Shown here: positions 1 through 13,609 of the stretch, piece by piece
Position numbering within the stretch: position 1 is the stretch's first letter
Layout of the letters: the number at the start of each line of letters is the position of its first letter
Assembly: GCF_028641065.1 (NCBI RefSeq)
Contig: NC_073400.1
Location: forward strand, 14,322,001-14,386,000
Source: Leucoraja erinacea
Lineage: Eukaryota
Length of the DNA stretch: 64,000 nucleotides
Direction: 5' to 3'
Notes under the pieces: model-generated
The model's database searches: none
What the model was told of the DNA's origin: nothing
What the model saw: only the letters and a program-made list of their open reading frames with translations
Made by a program: the position numbers and the translations under genes

Positions 1-2232
1 TATACCCGTTACCATTTGTGTGAAAAGTGTTCTTATTAAATTTTTCCCCCTCACCTTAAACCTATGTCCTCTAGTTCTTGATTTCCCTACTCTGAGCAAG
101 AGACTCTGCCTCTCATCATTTTGTACACCTCTATCTTTTTGTCTTGTCATCACGTTTCTAGGTTTAATTAGTCCGAAGATAAAAATGGCATCCGGGTAAA
201 ACGCTGTTGGATGCTACGAGGTGGTGGGGGGTGAAGTGGAAGAGGGGGGAATATGGTAGCTGCAGTATATGGAACAGGGTGGTTTAGTTTGCTCCTTCAT
301 TTTAAGCATGCTACTGTCTGACATTGGCAATGCAAAGGAAACCCTGTGTCATGACAGGGTAAATGCACAGAGACTTTTACCCATAGTAGGGGAATTGAGA
401 ACCCGAGGACATAGGTTCAAGGTGAGAGGGGAAAGACTTAATAGGAATCTGAGGGACAACTTTTTTACACAAAGGGTGGTAGGTATATGAGCGAGCTGCA
501 GGAAGAGGTAGTTGAAGCAGTTTAACTATCACAATGTTTAACACTTAGACATAGAGCGGATTAGGTTTAGAGGGATAAACGCCAAATGCAGGCAGGTGGG
601 ACTAGTGTTGATTGGCGTGGGCAAGTTGGGCTGATGGAACTGTTTCCACACTGTATAATTCTGACTCTATAACTCTATATTTACATGTTTAAGGATACAA
701 GGAACTGCAGATGCTGGTTTACAAAAAAAGGCATAAAACACTGGAAAAACAACGGCATCTCTGGAGAACATGAATAGGTGTTCTATATGTTTGAAGTTTT
801 TTACCAAAACTGTATGAGTTTCTCGCCGTAAATATATTTAAAATGTATGCATACATTAGGTGATAGAATTTATCAAGTCCTGTTTATATCACAAGGTACC
901 CTGATTTTTCCAGGGATACGAGAATCACATACTATCATTTAAAATGAGCTCTTCCACAAAAAATGCTTTGGAGTAAGTAGTCTCAGAGAAATGCATCGGT
1001 TCCTGTGAAAATCTGCCAATCTGCCGTGATTGTGGGATTTTTAATTGTGTTCTATTTTGAGCCAGACTTCTTTGAATGTTTAATGAACACCATTGAACTC
1101 GGCTGAAACTACCAAATATTCTCAAGCTATTGACTTGATATGTCTTCATTCTAATTCAATTAGAAAGGAGGGCTCTTTGTGGTATTAGATCAGGGATCTT
1201 GATTTCACCAGAGATTTTTAAAGTGCTGGAATTTTGCACAGCCTTGAATATTTAGTCTAGTTCAATTATACATCCTCACAGCAATCCCAATTTTGAAGAG
1301 GCCATTAAATCCTGACAGTCCAATCTGTCATCCGCAATTATATTAAATCTATTAATGAGTTGGATCATCTGGTCCCCAGGCTGAATGAAGTTGCATCATT
1401 CACAAGTAAAATGTGGCAGGAATTGATAAGATCTCACAATGATGTTCTTCCTGTTAATAAACCATCAACTCAAATCACTTCACGTATAAATCCTGGTTTC
1501 TTCTTAGCTCCTTTCCCTGACAGTCCCAATTCAGTCTTCATATTTAATACCTATCAACTTTCATCAAATCTGCCTGTTACCATTCGTTGCTGTGGTTACA
1601 TAAAAATTATGCTGCTGTGGCTAGAGTATCGTGAAAAGCATCTCTAGTGTACAGAAAAAATGTTCATATCAGCATAATGGCATTATGATCAGTGGCCAAG
1701 AATTTTTGGTTTATAGTGGTTCAAATCAATGTTTGAGTTTGAGTTTAGTTTATTGTCACATGTACCAAGGTACAGTGAAAAGCTTTTGTTGCATGCTAAC
1801 CAGTCAGCAGAAAAGCAATACATGATTACAATCGAGCTGTCCACAGTGTACAGATACAGTACATGATAAAGTTTAAGGCAACATAAAATAAGTAAGTTCT
1901 GATCAAAGATAGTCCGAGGGTCTCCAATGAGGTAGATAGTAGCTCAGGACATCTCGCTAGTTGGTGCTTGCTAGTCCCTGTTGTTCATTTGGCTCTACAC
2001 CCCTCCAAATCCTGCTGTGTGCCGGTCCTGCTGAGTGCCCCCCCATGAACTGTCTCACTCAGATGGTCACGTCGCACATCGACCCGGCACAGACCTATTA
2101 GCACTTTATACTGCTTTAACTGTTTTTTAATCTTGTTTCTCTGGGTGTCTAAATTTTTAGCTAATTAAGTCATTACATCGGGTGGAAGTAGCATTCCAAA
2201 TCTCGTTGTACCTCTGTGCAATGACAATGACA

Positions 2233-2257
2233 ATTATTATTATTATTATTATTATTA

Positions 2258-2311
<54 letters not shown>
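2233..2311. repeat. (ATT)n microsatellite (retroelement tail); another at 3208-3257
   Basis: Direct reading of the sequence; it explains the poly-Ile ORFs. Confidence 0.95.
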
Positions 2312-2312
<1 letters not shown>

Positions 2313-3204
2313 CCTGTCCAAATGTCTGATTCTGTCCAGGACAGATGAAGTAGGGTGTCGGCTAGTCATTGATACAAACAAAGTTAGCAACTTTCCGCTG
2401 GCTGATGATATTATAAACACAGTTTTGGTTGAGTTTCTCACTGGGATTGAACAGTCACTTGGAGTGTGAATCAGCTTCAGACACTTAAGCTGGGCATCGC
2501 TCATCACAATCGGAAAGCTTGTGAACTCGAAGGGACTCTGTTTGGGAAGGATTAGGAAGATCAGTTAAGGTGGGAGGAAGAAGATTTGGAGTGCAGAGAA
2601 GTGATTTTTGTTTTGATGGTTGAGCAAAGATTTAAGAAAGATTAAGTTAGTCAAGATCAAAGCTGAAAAAGAGCATTCATGGTGCTCTCCAAAAGTTAAT
2701 TAAGTAACATAAGCTTCCGAGCAACGAGACAAGAATTATAATATTGTGGTCAGCAGATAGAATTATATAGAATTAGGAGGAAAAATACTATGGGCAGCAC
2801 AGTGGCGCAGTGGCAAAATTACTGCCTCACAGCGCCAGAGACCCCGGTTCGATCCTGACTACGGGATCTGTCTGTACAAAGTTTGAACATTCTCCCTTTG
2901 AACATGTGGGTTTTCTCTGTGTGCTCCGGTGTCCTCCCACATTCTAAAGGCATGCATGTCTGTAGGTTAATTAGCTACTGTTTATTGTCCCTAGTGTGAA
3001 GGGATTTATCGGAGTCGCTGCCTCAAAAAGGCAGCCAGCATCATCTGAGACCCACACCATCCTGGCCACACACTCACTTCACCCCTGCCATCGGGAAGAA
3101 GGTACAGGAGCCTGAAAACTGTAATGTCCAGGTTCAGGAACTGCTTCTTCCCTGCAGCCATCAGGCTATTAAACATTAGATAAGCACTGAACTACAATAG
3201 ACTA

Positions 3205-3259
<55 letters not shown>

Positions 3260-3441
3260 ACCACTATTGTTTTTTTGTGTGTACGGATGTATGCGTGTGT
3301 ACATGTATATATAAAACACTCTTGACTATTGACAGCACGGGTGATCACTGGTTGGTGCAGACTTGGTAGGCCAAAGGGCCTGTTTCCACGCTGTATCTCT
3401 AAACTAAATTAAATAAAATTATGCAATATTACAGAGAGAGG

Positions 3442-3700
3442 AGGCACAAGAAACTTCAGATACTGTAAAACACAAAGTCCTGGTAACTCAGCAGGTAAAT
3501 CAAAGTAACTCAGCAGGTCAAGCAGCATATGTGGAAGGAATGGATAGGCAACGTTTCAAGCTGATGCTGTTGCTCAGACTTTTTCAGGTCTGGATCCCTC
3601 CTCTGATTGCCTGAGGATAGGTCCCAAACTGAAACGTCGCCAATCCAAACCTTCCACAGATGGCGCCTGACCCGATCAGTTACTCCACTGCTTTGTGTTA
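3442..3700. mobile_element. Older Penelope-derived fold-back element; further copies at ~695-780, 5760-5920, 6410-6580, 8520-8660, 10065-10210, 12465-12560, 20222-20370, 21025-21280, 22205-22360, 23027-23145, 25510-25615, 31230-31342, 38540-38700, 45458-45555, 55390-55605, 59578-59680, 63935-64000
   Basis: Shared consensus ...GCTGGAGTAACTCAGCGGGTCAGGCAGCATCTCTGGAG...GGTGACGTTTCGGG and its reverse complement; this copy has CTGAGGA...GAAACGTC at 3611-3638. Confidence 0.75.
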
Positions 3701-6690
3701 TTTTGGAGAGTAGCATAAGTTACAAGGGAAGAGTTTAGTAAATGTTCTATTCATCGCCTTGAAACTGAAAATGCAAGATAATTAAGCTGGATAGATCACG
3801 TCAATAAGAGAAAACAACTGGCTCTTCATTCATTTAAGGTTATAGGATTGGGCATGACTTTTCCTTCCAATGTTCATGTTGGAACTGAACCTTAACAATC
3901 CAATATGTTCAAGTGCAAATAAATTGACTGATTGAATGATTCAGCATGGAAACAGTCCCTTCATCCCACTGAGTCCACACTGTTCATCGTTCACCCACTC
4001 ACACTAATTCTATGTTATCCCACTTTCCCACCCATTCTCTAAAAAATAGGAGTTTATACATTAAGCTTACAGAGTTTAATGTATAAACTCACACATCTTT
4101 GTGCTGTTGGAGGAAACCAGAACACCCAAAGGAAACCTATGTGGTCACATGGAGAACGTACAAAATCCACAAAGACAGCACCTGAGGTCAGAATCAAACC
4201 TGAGTCTCTTTAGCTGTTAGGCAGCGGCTCTACCAGCTGTGCCACTTTGCGCCAAATCTACTTCACAGTTCACAGTCTGTGCAGGAGATAAGTGTGATAG
4301 AATGAATAAATAAGAGACAGCACAGCATATTGGAACTTTTCTAACAAACTTGAATCCCACCATGCGAACAGAAGGATTGATTGTGCCACTCAGCTGATTA
4401 TACAAGCTATTTGGTTCTATAATTTTGTTCAAAATTAAAGATTCAAAGAACTCCCTCCTGACCCATTCATGCAAAGCTACCATGTTCCCCAGCCATTTTG
4501 CAAACATCATTAGCATTCTGCCTGGTACCATCCATGTTTGCCTTTTGCAGTCTTCTAGCTATGATGTGTTAATACAGTCAGGAATTGATTGTTGGTCATT
4601 TAAACTACTTTACAAAAAGTCATTTCCTGTTCTCATCGTCTATCGTAAACCTGAAATGATGGTGAGTAAACAATAGCTTTTGTACAAAGTTGAAAAACCA
4701 TCCCTACATTTAAAAAACGGGGATGTGTTCCTGAAAAATATTGTGTTCAGCAAAATGTCACAAATTACAGGGGATGGGTAAAATAAACCAGGGGGTATTT
4801 TGGTAGTATTATGCCAGGAGCAAAGAAAGCCATCGTATGTGTTAATGAAATTAGATTTGTTAATTAAAAATAAGTGGCATAAAAACAACAATTGCTCAAA
4901 TGAACATTTATAAATACAAGAAAAACCAGTTAATTCTTGTATGTTTACTCTGCAGGACCTTCACCAGCACAGATAAATATACAATTTTGGTTGAAAGAAT
5001 AGATTTATAGGAGACCTTTGAACTTTCTTTAATTGGACTTTATCGGACTTCAATGTAATATCTTTACACTAAATGTTGTACCCTTTATCCTTTGCAATGG
5101 CTTGGTTGTACTCATGTATAGTCTTTTTTACTAGATAGCACACAAACAAAAGCTTTTCACGGTATCATGTGACAATAATAATAAACAAAACTAAATTAAA
5201 TTAAATTAAACTAAACTAAACAAACTATGTTTATGACATTAGTTTCCACAAGTGGGAGAGTCCAGGACTAGAGGGAGCAACCTCAGAATAAAAGGACGTT
5301 CCCTTGGAAAGGAGATGAGGAGGAATTTCTTTAGTCAGAGGGTGGTGAATCTGTGGAATTCATTGCCACAGATGGCTGTGGAGGCTGAGTCATTGTGTAT
5401 TTTTCAGGTGGATATGGCAGATTCTTGATTAGTAAGGGTGTCAAGGGTTAAGAGAAGGGTTGAGAGGGAAAGATAGATCAGCCATGATCGAATGGTGGTG
5501 TAGATTTGATGAGCCAAATGGCCTAATTTGCTCCTATGACTAATGGACGTATGCACCCATGAAGGCAAGCATAACAAATGCCTTGTTTACCACTCTCTCT
5601 ACATGTGTGGCCATCTTCAGGGAGTAGTCTAGAAGTGTTCAAACAAATAAATATCATGTGAAAGTCATGTTCAGGAAAAAAAACTTTGTGCATCCTGTTT
5701 TTCCACAGATTTGTGCTAACATGGCAATATATGGACAATCATGCCAGTTGGAATTGCACTGTTTCCCTGTCTGACCCACTGAGTTCCTCCAGTGCTGTTT
5801 TCTTAATAATTTTGCTGCTTAACTGAGCTATTTGATCCTCGATAAATGTAAAAGGGTCCCGACACAATACATCGCCCATACATGTACTCCAGATGTCAGG
5901 CGGCATTTTGCTTTTGTTTTCTATGTCTTCACAGCAGAATATACCAATTAAAAATATGGGCAGACATTTTCATATTTCATATTTCCTAATGGCATAACAA
6001 GTAGCCATTTGGCTCACTGAGTGTATGTTGGCTCAAAGTCCCATTCTCAATCCTCTGCTTATTTACTCTAAGGCCAAACAGAAATATTGCTGTTTAAATC
6101 ATCGGTATCACTGCTGCTGGAAATTCTGGGCCAATATGTGCGAAGAAATGATTATCAGATAGTTTTGTACAGCATCTGAGTTAATCGAATGTTGCCATTG
6201 ATATCAATTGTCCAAGTGAAAATGACTCTTTATTATTGTCAATACTAATAACTGAATAGTGCACAATATAGCTACTGCACTATTTACAACATCGATTGCA
6301 TAAATGAACAGCAGCATTCAAATTTATCTGGTGATTATTCCAACTGCTCCTGAAACTGTTATTTCTTTACTTCAAGATAACACATCAAAACCACAGCATA
6401 GTCTAATGGGACGATACAACGTGCTGGAGTTACCCAATGGATCAGGCATCATCTTAGGAGCACACGGATAGTTAGTTAGTTAGTCTGTACAAGGGTTTCG
6501 ACTCGAAATGGTGCCTATTTCCTTCGCTCCATAGATGCTGCCTCACCCAATGAGTTTCTCCAGCATTTTTGTCTACCTTAGTTAGTTAGTTAGTTTAGTT
6601 TATTGTCACATGTAATGAGGTACAGTGAAAAGCTTTTTTTGTGTGCTATCCTGTCAGCCTATACATGTTTACAATCTAGCCATCCACAGT

Positions 6691-7169
6691 CTCTCCATAC
6701 CCCCTGATCCCTTTAGCCACAAGGGGCACACCTAACTCCCTCTTAAATATAGCCAATGAACTGGCCTCAACTACCTTCTGTGGCAGAGAGTTCCAGAGAT
6801 TCACCACTCTCTGTGTGAAAAAAGTTTTTCTCATCTCGGTTCTAAAGGACTTCCCCTCTATCCGTAAGCTGTGACCCCTTGTCCTGGACTTCCCCAACAT
6901 CGGGAACAATATTCCTGCATCTAGCCTGTCCAACCCCTTAAGAATTTTGTAAGTTTCTATAAGATCCCTCCTCAATCTCCTAAATTCTAGCGAGTACAAG
7001 CCGAGTATCCAGTCTTTCTTCATATTAAAGTCCTGACATCCCAGAAATCAGTCTGGTAAACCTTCTCTGCACTCCCTCTATGGCAAGAATGTCCTTCCTC
7101 AGATTTGGAGACCAAAACTGTACTCCAGGTATGGTCTCAACAAGACCCTGTACAACTGCAGTAGAACCT
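6691..7169 (-). mobile_element. Young CR1 (HER1-like) 3' ORF2 fragment
   Basis: LGLYSLEFRRLR.DLIETYKILKG...TRGHSLR...FFTQRVVNLWNSLP; nearly identical to 34300-34770. Confidence 0.88.
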
Positions 7170-8510
7170 TATAAAGGATGAGGTTTCGGAGTACTTAGAA
7201 GTTCATAATAAAATAGGCCGAAGTCAGCATGTCTTTGTGAAGGGGAGGTCTTGCTTGACATATTTACTGGAATTATTTGAAGAAGTAAATAGTAGGACAA
7301 GGGAGAGTCAGTAGATGTTGTTTACTTAGATTTTCAGAAAGCCTTTAATAAGGTGCCACACGTTAGGCTGCTAAGGAGGATGAGAGCCCATGGTATCAAA
7401 GGACAGATACTAGCATGGATAGCAGGTTGGCTGGATGGCAGAAGGCAAAAAGTGGCAATAAAGATTTTTTTTCCCTGATCGGCTGCCAGTGACTAATGGA
7501 GTTCCTCAAGGGTCGGTACTGGGGCTGCTACTCTTCACATTGTATATTAATGATTTGGACAAGGAGATTGAAGGCTTTGTGGCAAAGTTTGCGGATAATA
7601 TGAAAATAGGTGGAGGAGCAGGTAATGTGAAGAAAGCAGTGACTCTGCAGAAGGACTTGGACAGGTTGGGAAAGTGGGCAGAGAAGTGGCAGATTGAATA
7701 TAGTGGAGCAAAGTGTGGAGTCATGCATTTTCGTAGTAGGAATAAAAGCGTAGACTGTTTTCTAAATGAGGTGAGAATCCAGAAATCGGAGGTGCAAAGG
7801 GACTTGGGAGTGCTGGGTGCAGGATTCCCCAAAAAATAATCTGCAAGTTGAATCGGTAATAAAGAATACAAACTTAATGCTAGCATTTATTTCAAGAGGG
7901 CTTGTATACAAAAACTGGGATGTAATGTTGAGGCTCTGTAAGGCTGCATGTGGAATATTGTGAGCAATTTTGGGCACCATATCTGAGGAAGGGTGTGCTG
8001 GCTCCGGAGAAGGTCCAGACGAGGTTTACAAGAATTATCCCAGGAATGAGTTGGTTAACATATGATGAGCGTTTATTGGCACTGGGCCTGTACTCGCTGG
8101 TTTAGAAGAATGAGGGGGGGATTGAAACATACAGAATAGTGAAAGGCTTGGATAGAGTGGATGTGGAGAGGATGTTTCCACTGGTGGGAGAATCTAAAAT
8201 TTAGCCTCAAAATTAGGAAGGAGGCGGGGTGAAATTTAATTTGAAGGAGGGTGGTTAGAGGAAGGAGGAGGAGAAATGTATTTTGTCAAAGGGTGGTGAA
8301 TCTGTGAAATTTCCACTGAAGACCTTGGAGGCCAAGTCAGTGGATATTTTTAAGGCAGAGATAGATTCCTGATTAGTGCAGGTGTCAGAGGTTATGGGAA
8401 GACAAGAGAACGGGGTTAGGAAGAAGAGATAGATCAGTCATGATTGAATGGCGGAGTAGACTTGATGGACCAAATGGCCTAATTCTACTCTTATTCCTTA
8501 CGACCTTATG
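7170..8510 (+). mobile_element. Decayed CR1-clade LINE (RT domain to 3' end)
   Basis: GVPQGSVLG, LYINDLD, KFADN.KIGG, LQ.DLDRL..W...WQ in 7489..7839; CR1 3' end TGGACCAAATGGCCTAATTCT; multiple frameshifts. Confidence 0.88.
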
Positions 8511-10594
8511 ACCTATGGAGTACATGGATGGGCGATGTATTGGGTCGGGACCCATTTACAGACTGATCCTTTCCAAAGATGCTGCCTGACCCGCTGTTAC
8601 TCCAGCAATTTTTGCCTTTTATTTGTAAATCATCATCTGTATTTCCCAGTGTCTACATCTTACTGCTCAAGAAGAATACATGTATTTAAAATGAAGGTTC
8701 TGTGGCGATGATTTAGAAAGTATATTAATTGTCATTTTGGATCAAATACCAACACAAATACCAGCACCAGCACCAGCACAGTGTATCTAGTATATTTTCA
8801 GCATGAGGAACCCATAGCTAAATTAATTATGGGACACTAATGTCAAGGGGAATTGATTCAAAATCAACTTCACTTACTCTTGGTCTTTAGTAGGTATCTG
8901 GATGACTGAAGTTCATTAACTGATGTCCTACAGGTAAAATCAATGCGTTCATGCAACTACAACTTGAAATGAAACTACAGATTCATTGTTGCTGCGTAGT
9001 CTCCAAAATAAGTCATAGAGTCATAGAGGGTCATAGAGCCGTACAGCATGGAAACAGGCCCTTCGGCCCAACTTGCCCACGCCAACCAACATGCTCCATC
9101 TACACTAGTTCCTGCATTTGGCTCAAATCTCTCTAAGCCTATCCTATCCATGTGCCTGTCCAAATTTTTCTGAAACATTGTGTTGTACCTGCGTTGAATG
9201 TTGTGATAATGCCTGTGTTAAAGCAGTACCTGAGATAGTGCCAGTAATGCTGAAACTGGAAAATGAGTTGAAGTCAATTGAATAAATGTTGAAGTCAACG
9301 TCTACAAGATTAATTCGGAAGGGAGAGGTGGAGAGTAGCTATCCAGGAGGGGGAAAACGCACATTTGCCAGTCAACAATCAGAACAACCTTGCACCCATG
9401 AAACCCTCTCTGTCACCAAAGCCCAGGACTGGTGCGACAAGCTTGATCTCTCCGCCCAATTTTCTTTCCATCAGTAAAACTCTCGTCCTTTCACCATGCG
9501 GGTTTGTAGGTTAATTGATCTCTGTAAACTGCCCCCTTGTGTGTAGGAAGTGGATATGAAAGTGGGATAACATGGAACCAATGTGAACAGGTGATCGATG
9601 GTCAGTGTGGACTCAGTGGGCCCCAGGGACTGTTACCATTAATCAAACATCTTATTGACATGTGCTGTAGAGCACACCTTGATTAATGCAACCAATACAA
9701 TCTCATATTTAGTTCACCAATTACTTTTTCAACAACACTTCTGATGCTCTTCCTGTCTCCTGTTTGTGGCCACATTCTCAAAACTTAGATATTTTTAATC
9801 ATATATGTGCAATCATTAGTGATGTGTCCATGAAGAGATGTGAAAATCAAAACTACATGGAAGGTGCCAGCCTCAATGATTGCAAGGGACCTTAATCATG
9901 TCAACTTGTTTATTCAGAAGAGACAATATGATAAAGTCTCTGTTAGAAATGCAGACATTTTTTATTAAATATACTACATAGCTAATGACGAGAGATTTGT
10001 ACAGGCATTTAAAGATCAAAAAGGCAAGATTTGTAAACTCATTAACCATTTTTATTTCAAAACTAACTCAGCAGGTCTGGCAGCATCTTACGAGAATATG
10101 GTGGATAGGTAACGTTTCGGGTCAGGACACTCCTTCCGCCCTAACCCGTTGAGTTCCTCCAGCACTTTGTGTTTTGCTCAAGATTCCAGCACCTGCAGTT
10201 CCTTCAATCTCCACCAATTCTTGTTTGGATGGTTTTAATATAGCTTTATATATTAGTTTGTATATTTTAGTAAAACATCGAGTTTACTGAAGAACTTGCT
10301 AAGTATAGAAAAAGAGAACTGCAGATGCTAGTTTACAAAAAAGAAAAAATGCTTTGTATGTTTTGAATAAGTGCCATCATTGCAGCTAAAAATCTAAGGG
10401 TTACTAATAGTAGTTTTATCAAAAGTTTAATAGTGTTTTATTTGTCGCACATGCAACTGCTCAGTGAAATTCATTTTTCATACATTTTACATGCTGGCAC
10501 TACCATTGTTGGTGCCATTATTATACAATATACCATAATATTCAATTTCCTATCTGGGTAATTAACTATATAATCAATTGGTATTTATTTATGT

Positions 10595-11225
10595 TTCAAA
10601 GGTTCAAAATGTATTCGTCATAAGGACCATAAGGTGCAGTGAAATTAATTTACCATGCACCGTTACAATTAAATAAGGACATAAAACACAACATAATTCA
10701 ACACAGACATCCACCACAGCATTCTTCACTGTGGTGGAAGGCAATACAGTTCAGACAGTCTTCCTCCTCCTCCCTTGTTCACCCGTGGTCAGAGCGCTGA
10801 ACCTTCATAGTCACCAGCCCGATGTTCAAGCCCTCTTGTCGGGATGATCGGAACGCTGACGACAGGACAGGTCGAGCGCACCCCACGGCCCGGAGCTCCC
10901 AAATCAGCCAACTCCTTACCGGAGACCGTGGCTTCAAGATGTTGTAGGCCGCAGGCCGGTGGTCGGAGCTCTTCTCCGGCGACTCCCGGCGAGGGATCGC
11001 CCACTCCACGATGGTAGGTCTGCTCCACGCCTGCCGCCAGAATCTCCACAGACTGAGGCTCCAAGATGTTGTAGGCCGCAGGCCAGCGGTCAGAGCGCTT
11101 CTCCAGTGACCCCCGGCAAAGGGTCACCTTGCTCCGCGATGTTAAAGTCCCCGCTGCGCCGCCGCCGAAGCTCTGGGCCCAAAACCGGGAAAGGCCGCAC
11201 CAAAGCAGCCTCAGTTTTTGCATAG
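10595..11225 (-). mobile_element. GC-rich non-coding retroposon (family A) with an internal ~130-bp tandem duplication
   Basis: CAAGATGTTGTAGGCCGCAGGCC at ~10935 and ~11062; hairpin at 10710-10739 shared with 16851-16879. Confidence 0.65.
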
Positions 11226-12832
11226 CATTTTCTTGGAACTCCCACTATTACAAGTACCTGCAATCCCAGAGAAAAAGGTATGAGAAATACTGTATCTCTT
11301 TGCCGGACTATACAACAGAAGAAATATTATAGTGATGTTTATCATCATTGATTAATAATTGTTGTTAAAACCCGTGCCAAGGCAAAAATGAGCTGAAACT
11401 GCCCTTTTTATGCATTGCTCTCTATTTCCCAGGGAACGAATGAATTGATAACAAAACTAAAAGAAAAGAGGTGATTAACAAAGCCTTGCTAATGAGTTTT
11501 CAGAGAAGATGTGGTCAGGTTGACATAATGCGGTAATTATTTCATTATCTGGTTCATTGTTGCTGGTGTTAGGAAAAAACTCACTGGCGTGTACAAGCCT
11601 CATTACAGACTAATTAAAAACCAGTCCCATGGATGTAGCTTTTAAGAAAATAATCCATCTTAAATTCCTCTTTCTCGTTAAGATGTGAAAACTGCTGCAC
11701 TCTCTACTCAGACATGAGAGGAGATTTCAGAGTTCAATTTAATGATAAGGATATATTATCAAGTGAAAGAAAATCTTACTGTGTCAGGACTATTTTCTTT
11801 GTGTAATCTTCTACTTGTGGATGGAAATCCTCTCTGGGATACTTTGCAAAAACAATATTGAGATTCAGAGGATATAATACAACGATACAATTCTTAACGA
11901 TGTGCTCCTCATTTTGGAGCGGCACAGTGGCACAGCTAGTAGAGCTGCTGCCTCAGAGGGCAAGAGACACAGGTTTTACACTAACCTCAGGTGCTATCTG
12001 TGTGGAGTTTGCATGTTCATCCTGTGACCGTGGAGCTTTCCTCTGGGTGCTCCAGTTTCCTCGCACATCCCAAAGACGTGCAGGCTTGAGGGTGAATTGT
12101 AAATTGCCTCTAAGGTGTAGAGAATGGATAGGAAAATGGGGTAACATAGAATGAGTGTGAATAGGTGATTGATGGTTGTGTGAACTCTGTAGGCCGAAAA
12201 GCCTGTTTCCGTGCTGCGCCAATATTGAAAGTTTTAATCGCAAAAGATTGATCAGACTAGGCCCAAGACCAGTGTTGGGTAAGAGATGAATAGGCATTGA
12301 GGTAGATAAATCGCAGTTACCCAGTGCAGTATAGTAAATACACGAATGACTATTTCATTAGCTGATTATTGGAGGTCTGAGTCAAACAGGCTGATGTTAC
12401 AAAGGCAGAAAATCCAATTTTATTGGAATGAATATCTGATTGAAAGCAAAAGTTTAAACAATCTGAGACACAAGAAACAGCAGATGCTGGAATATTGAGT
12501 AAGACGCAAAGTGTTGGAGGAACCCAGTGGGACAGGCAGCATCTACGGATGGAAATGGATAATATATTAGTGTGTAGGGAGGTCAGTATCTGTGAATGAC
12601 TGGGGGGTGTCCACCATCTTTGTAATCTCCTTCATTCCTGGGCATTCGAGTTGCTGAACCAGGCGGTGATGCAAACAGGCAATATGCTCTCTACTGTAAA
12701 CCTGCAGAGGTTCAAGAGAATATTTGTTGCCATGCCAAATATCCTAATCTTCATAGGCAGTAGAGGTGTTGATGGGCTATTCTTTATGATTGCGCATGGG
12801 TGATTTTTCAGGTCAAGACCCTTGTTCAGACA

Positions 12833-12860
12833 CTGAAGAAGGGTCTTGACCCGAAACGTC
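12833..12860 (+). ncRNA. Putative minimal type I hammerhead ribozyme core in a Penelope-derived fold-back element (12798-12966)
   Basis: CTGAAGA-A-GGGTC TT GACCC-GAAA-CG-TC: CUGANGA and GAAA boxes, helix II, palindromic ACGU helix III and a GUC cleavage triplet. Helix I is not well formed. Confidence 0.62.
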
Positions 12861-13609
12861 GCCCTTTCCTTCTCTCCAGAGATGCTGCCTGGCCCGCTGA
12901 GTTACTCCAGCATTTTGTGTCTATCTTCGGTGTATAACCAGCATCTGCAGTTCCTTCCCATACACATCTTCAGAGATATGCACACCCAGGAACTTGAAGT
13001 TGTTGACAGAACAATTGCCTCTATTATCCACCTCTACTCTCTTGAGTTTAGGAGAAGAAGAGATGATCTTATTGAAGTGCTCAAAATGCTCACTGTTCAA
13101 CCTAATTGCCTGTCTCATTTGTATGTTAGCTTTTAGTACTGGCTATCTCAAAGTAATCCAAAGTTACATTATTGATCTTAAGCATTCGGTGGATCCATAT
13201 GTTCCACATGCACATTCCGCATTCTAAAACATTTCTTTCAGGCATTCTGAAGGAAGCCATCTATTTGTTCTTATCCAATATAGACTCCATTACAGAGCAG
13301 TTCCTCCCTCTCACTTTGGCGATCTTTGAAGGCACCATCCATTAGAAAGCCTATCTGTTGATTGAAATTCCATTTGTAGAAACAAACATACCTTCGGCAA
13401 TAAGATAGAACGCAAAGGACCTGGAGATGTATCTTTAACGTGGCTCACTGTGGTTAATGGCAACTTAATGGAACTGTTCTTAAAGACCAATTAATTTCCA
13501 ATAAATCTGTCAAGATTGATTGAACTTGATTTATGGTGATGATCTGGTAGTCAGGTTTACTTAATTTTAACAGTGCATTCCAATGAGAAACCTAAAACCA
13601 CAAGTTTAG

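Noticed and set aside
2157-2507. Poly-Ile ORFs resembling membrane proteins
   Set aside because: They are translations of an (ATT)n microsatellite.
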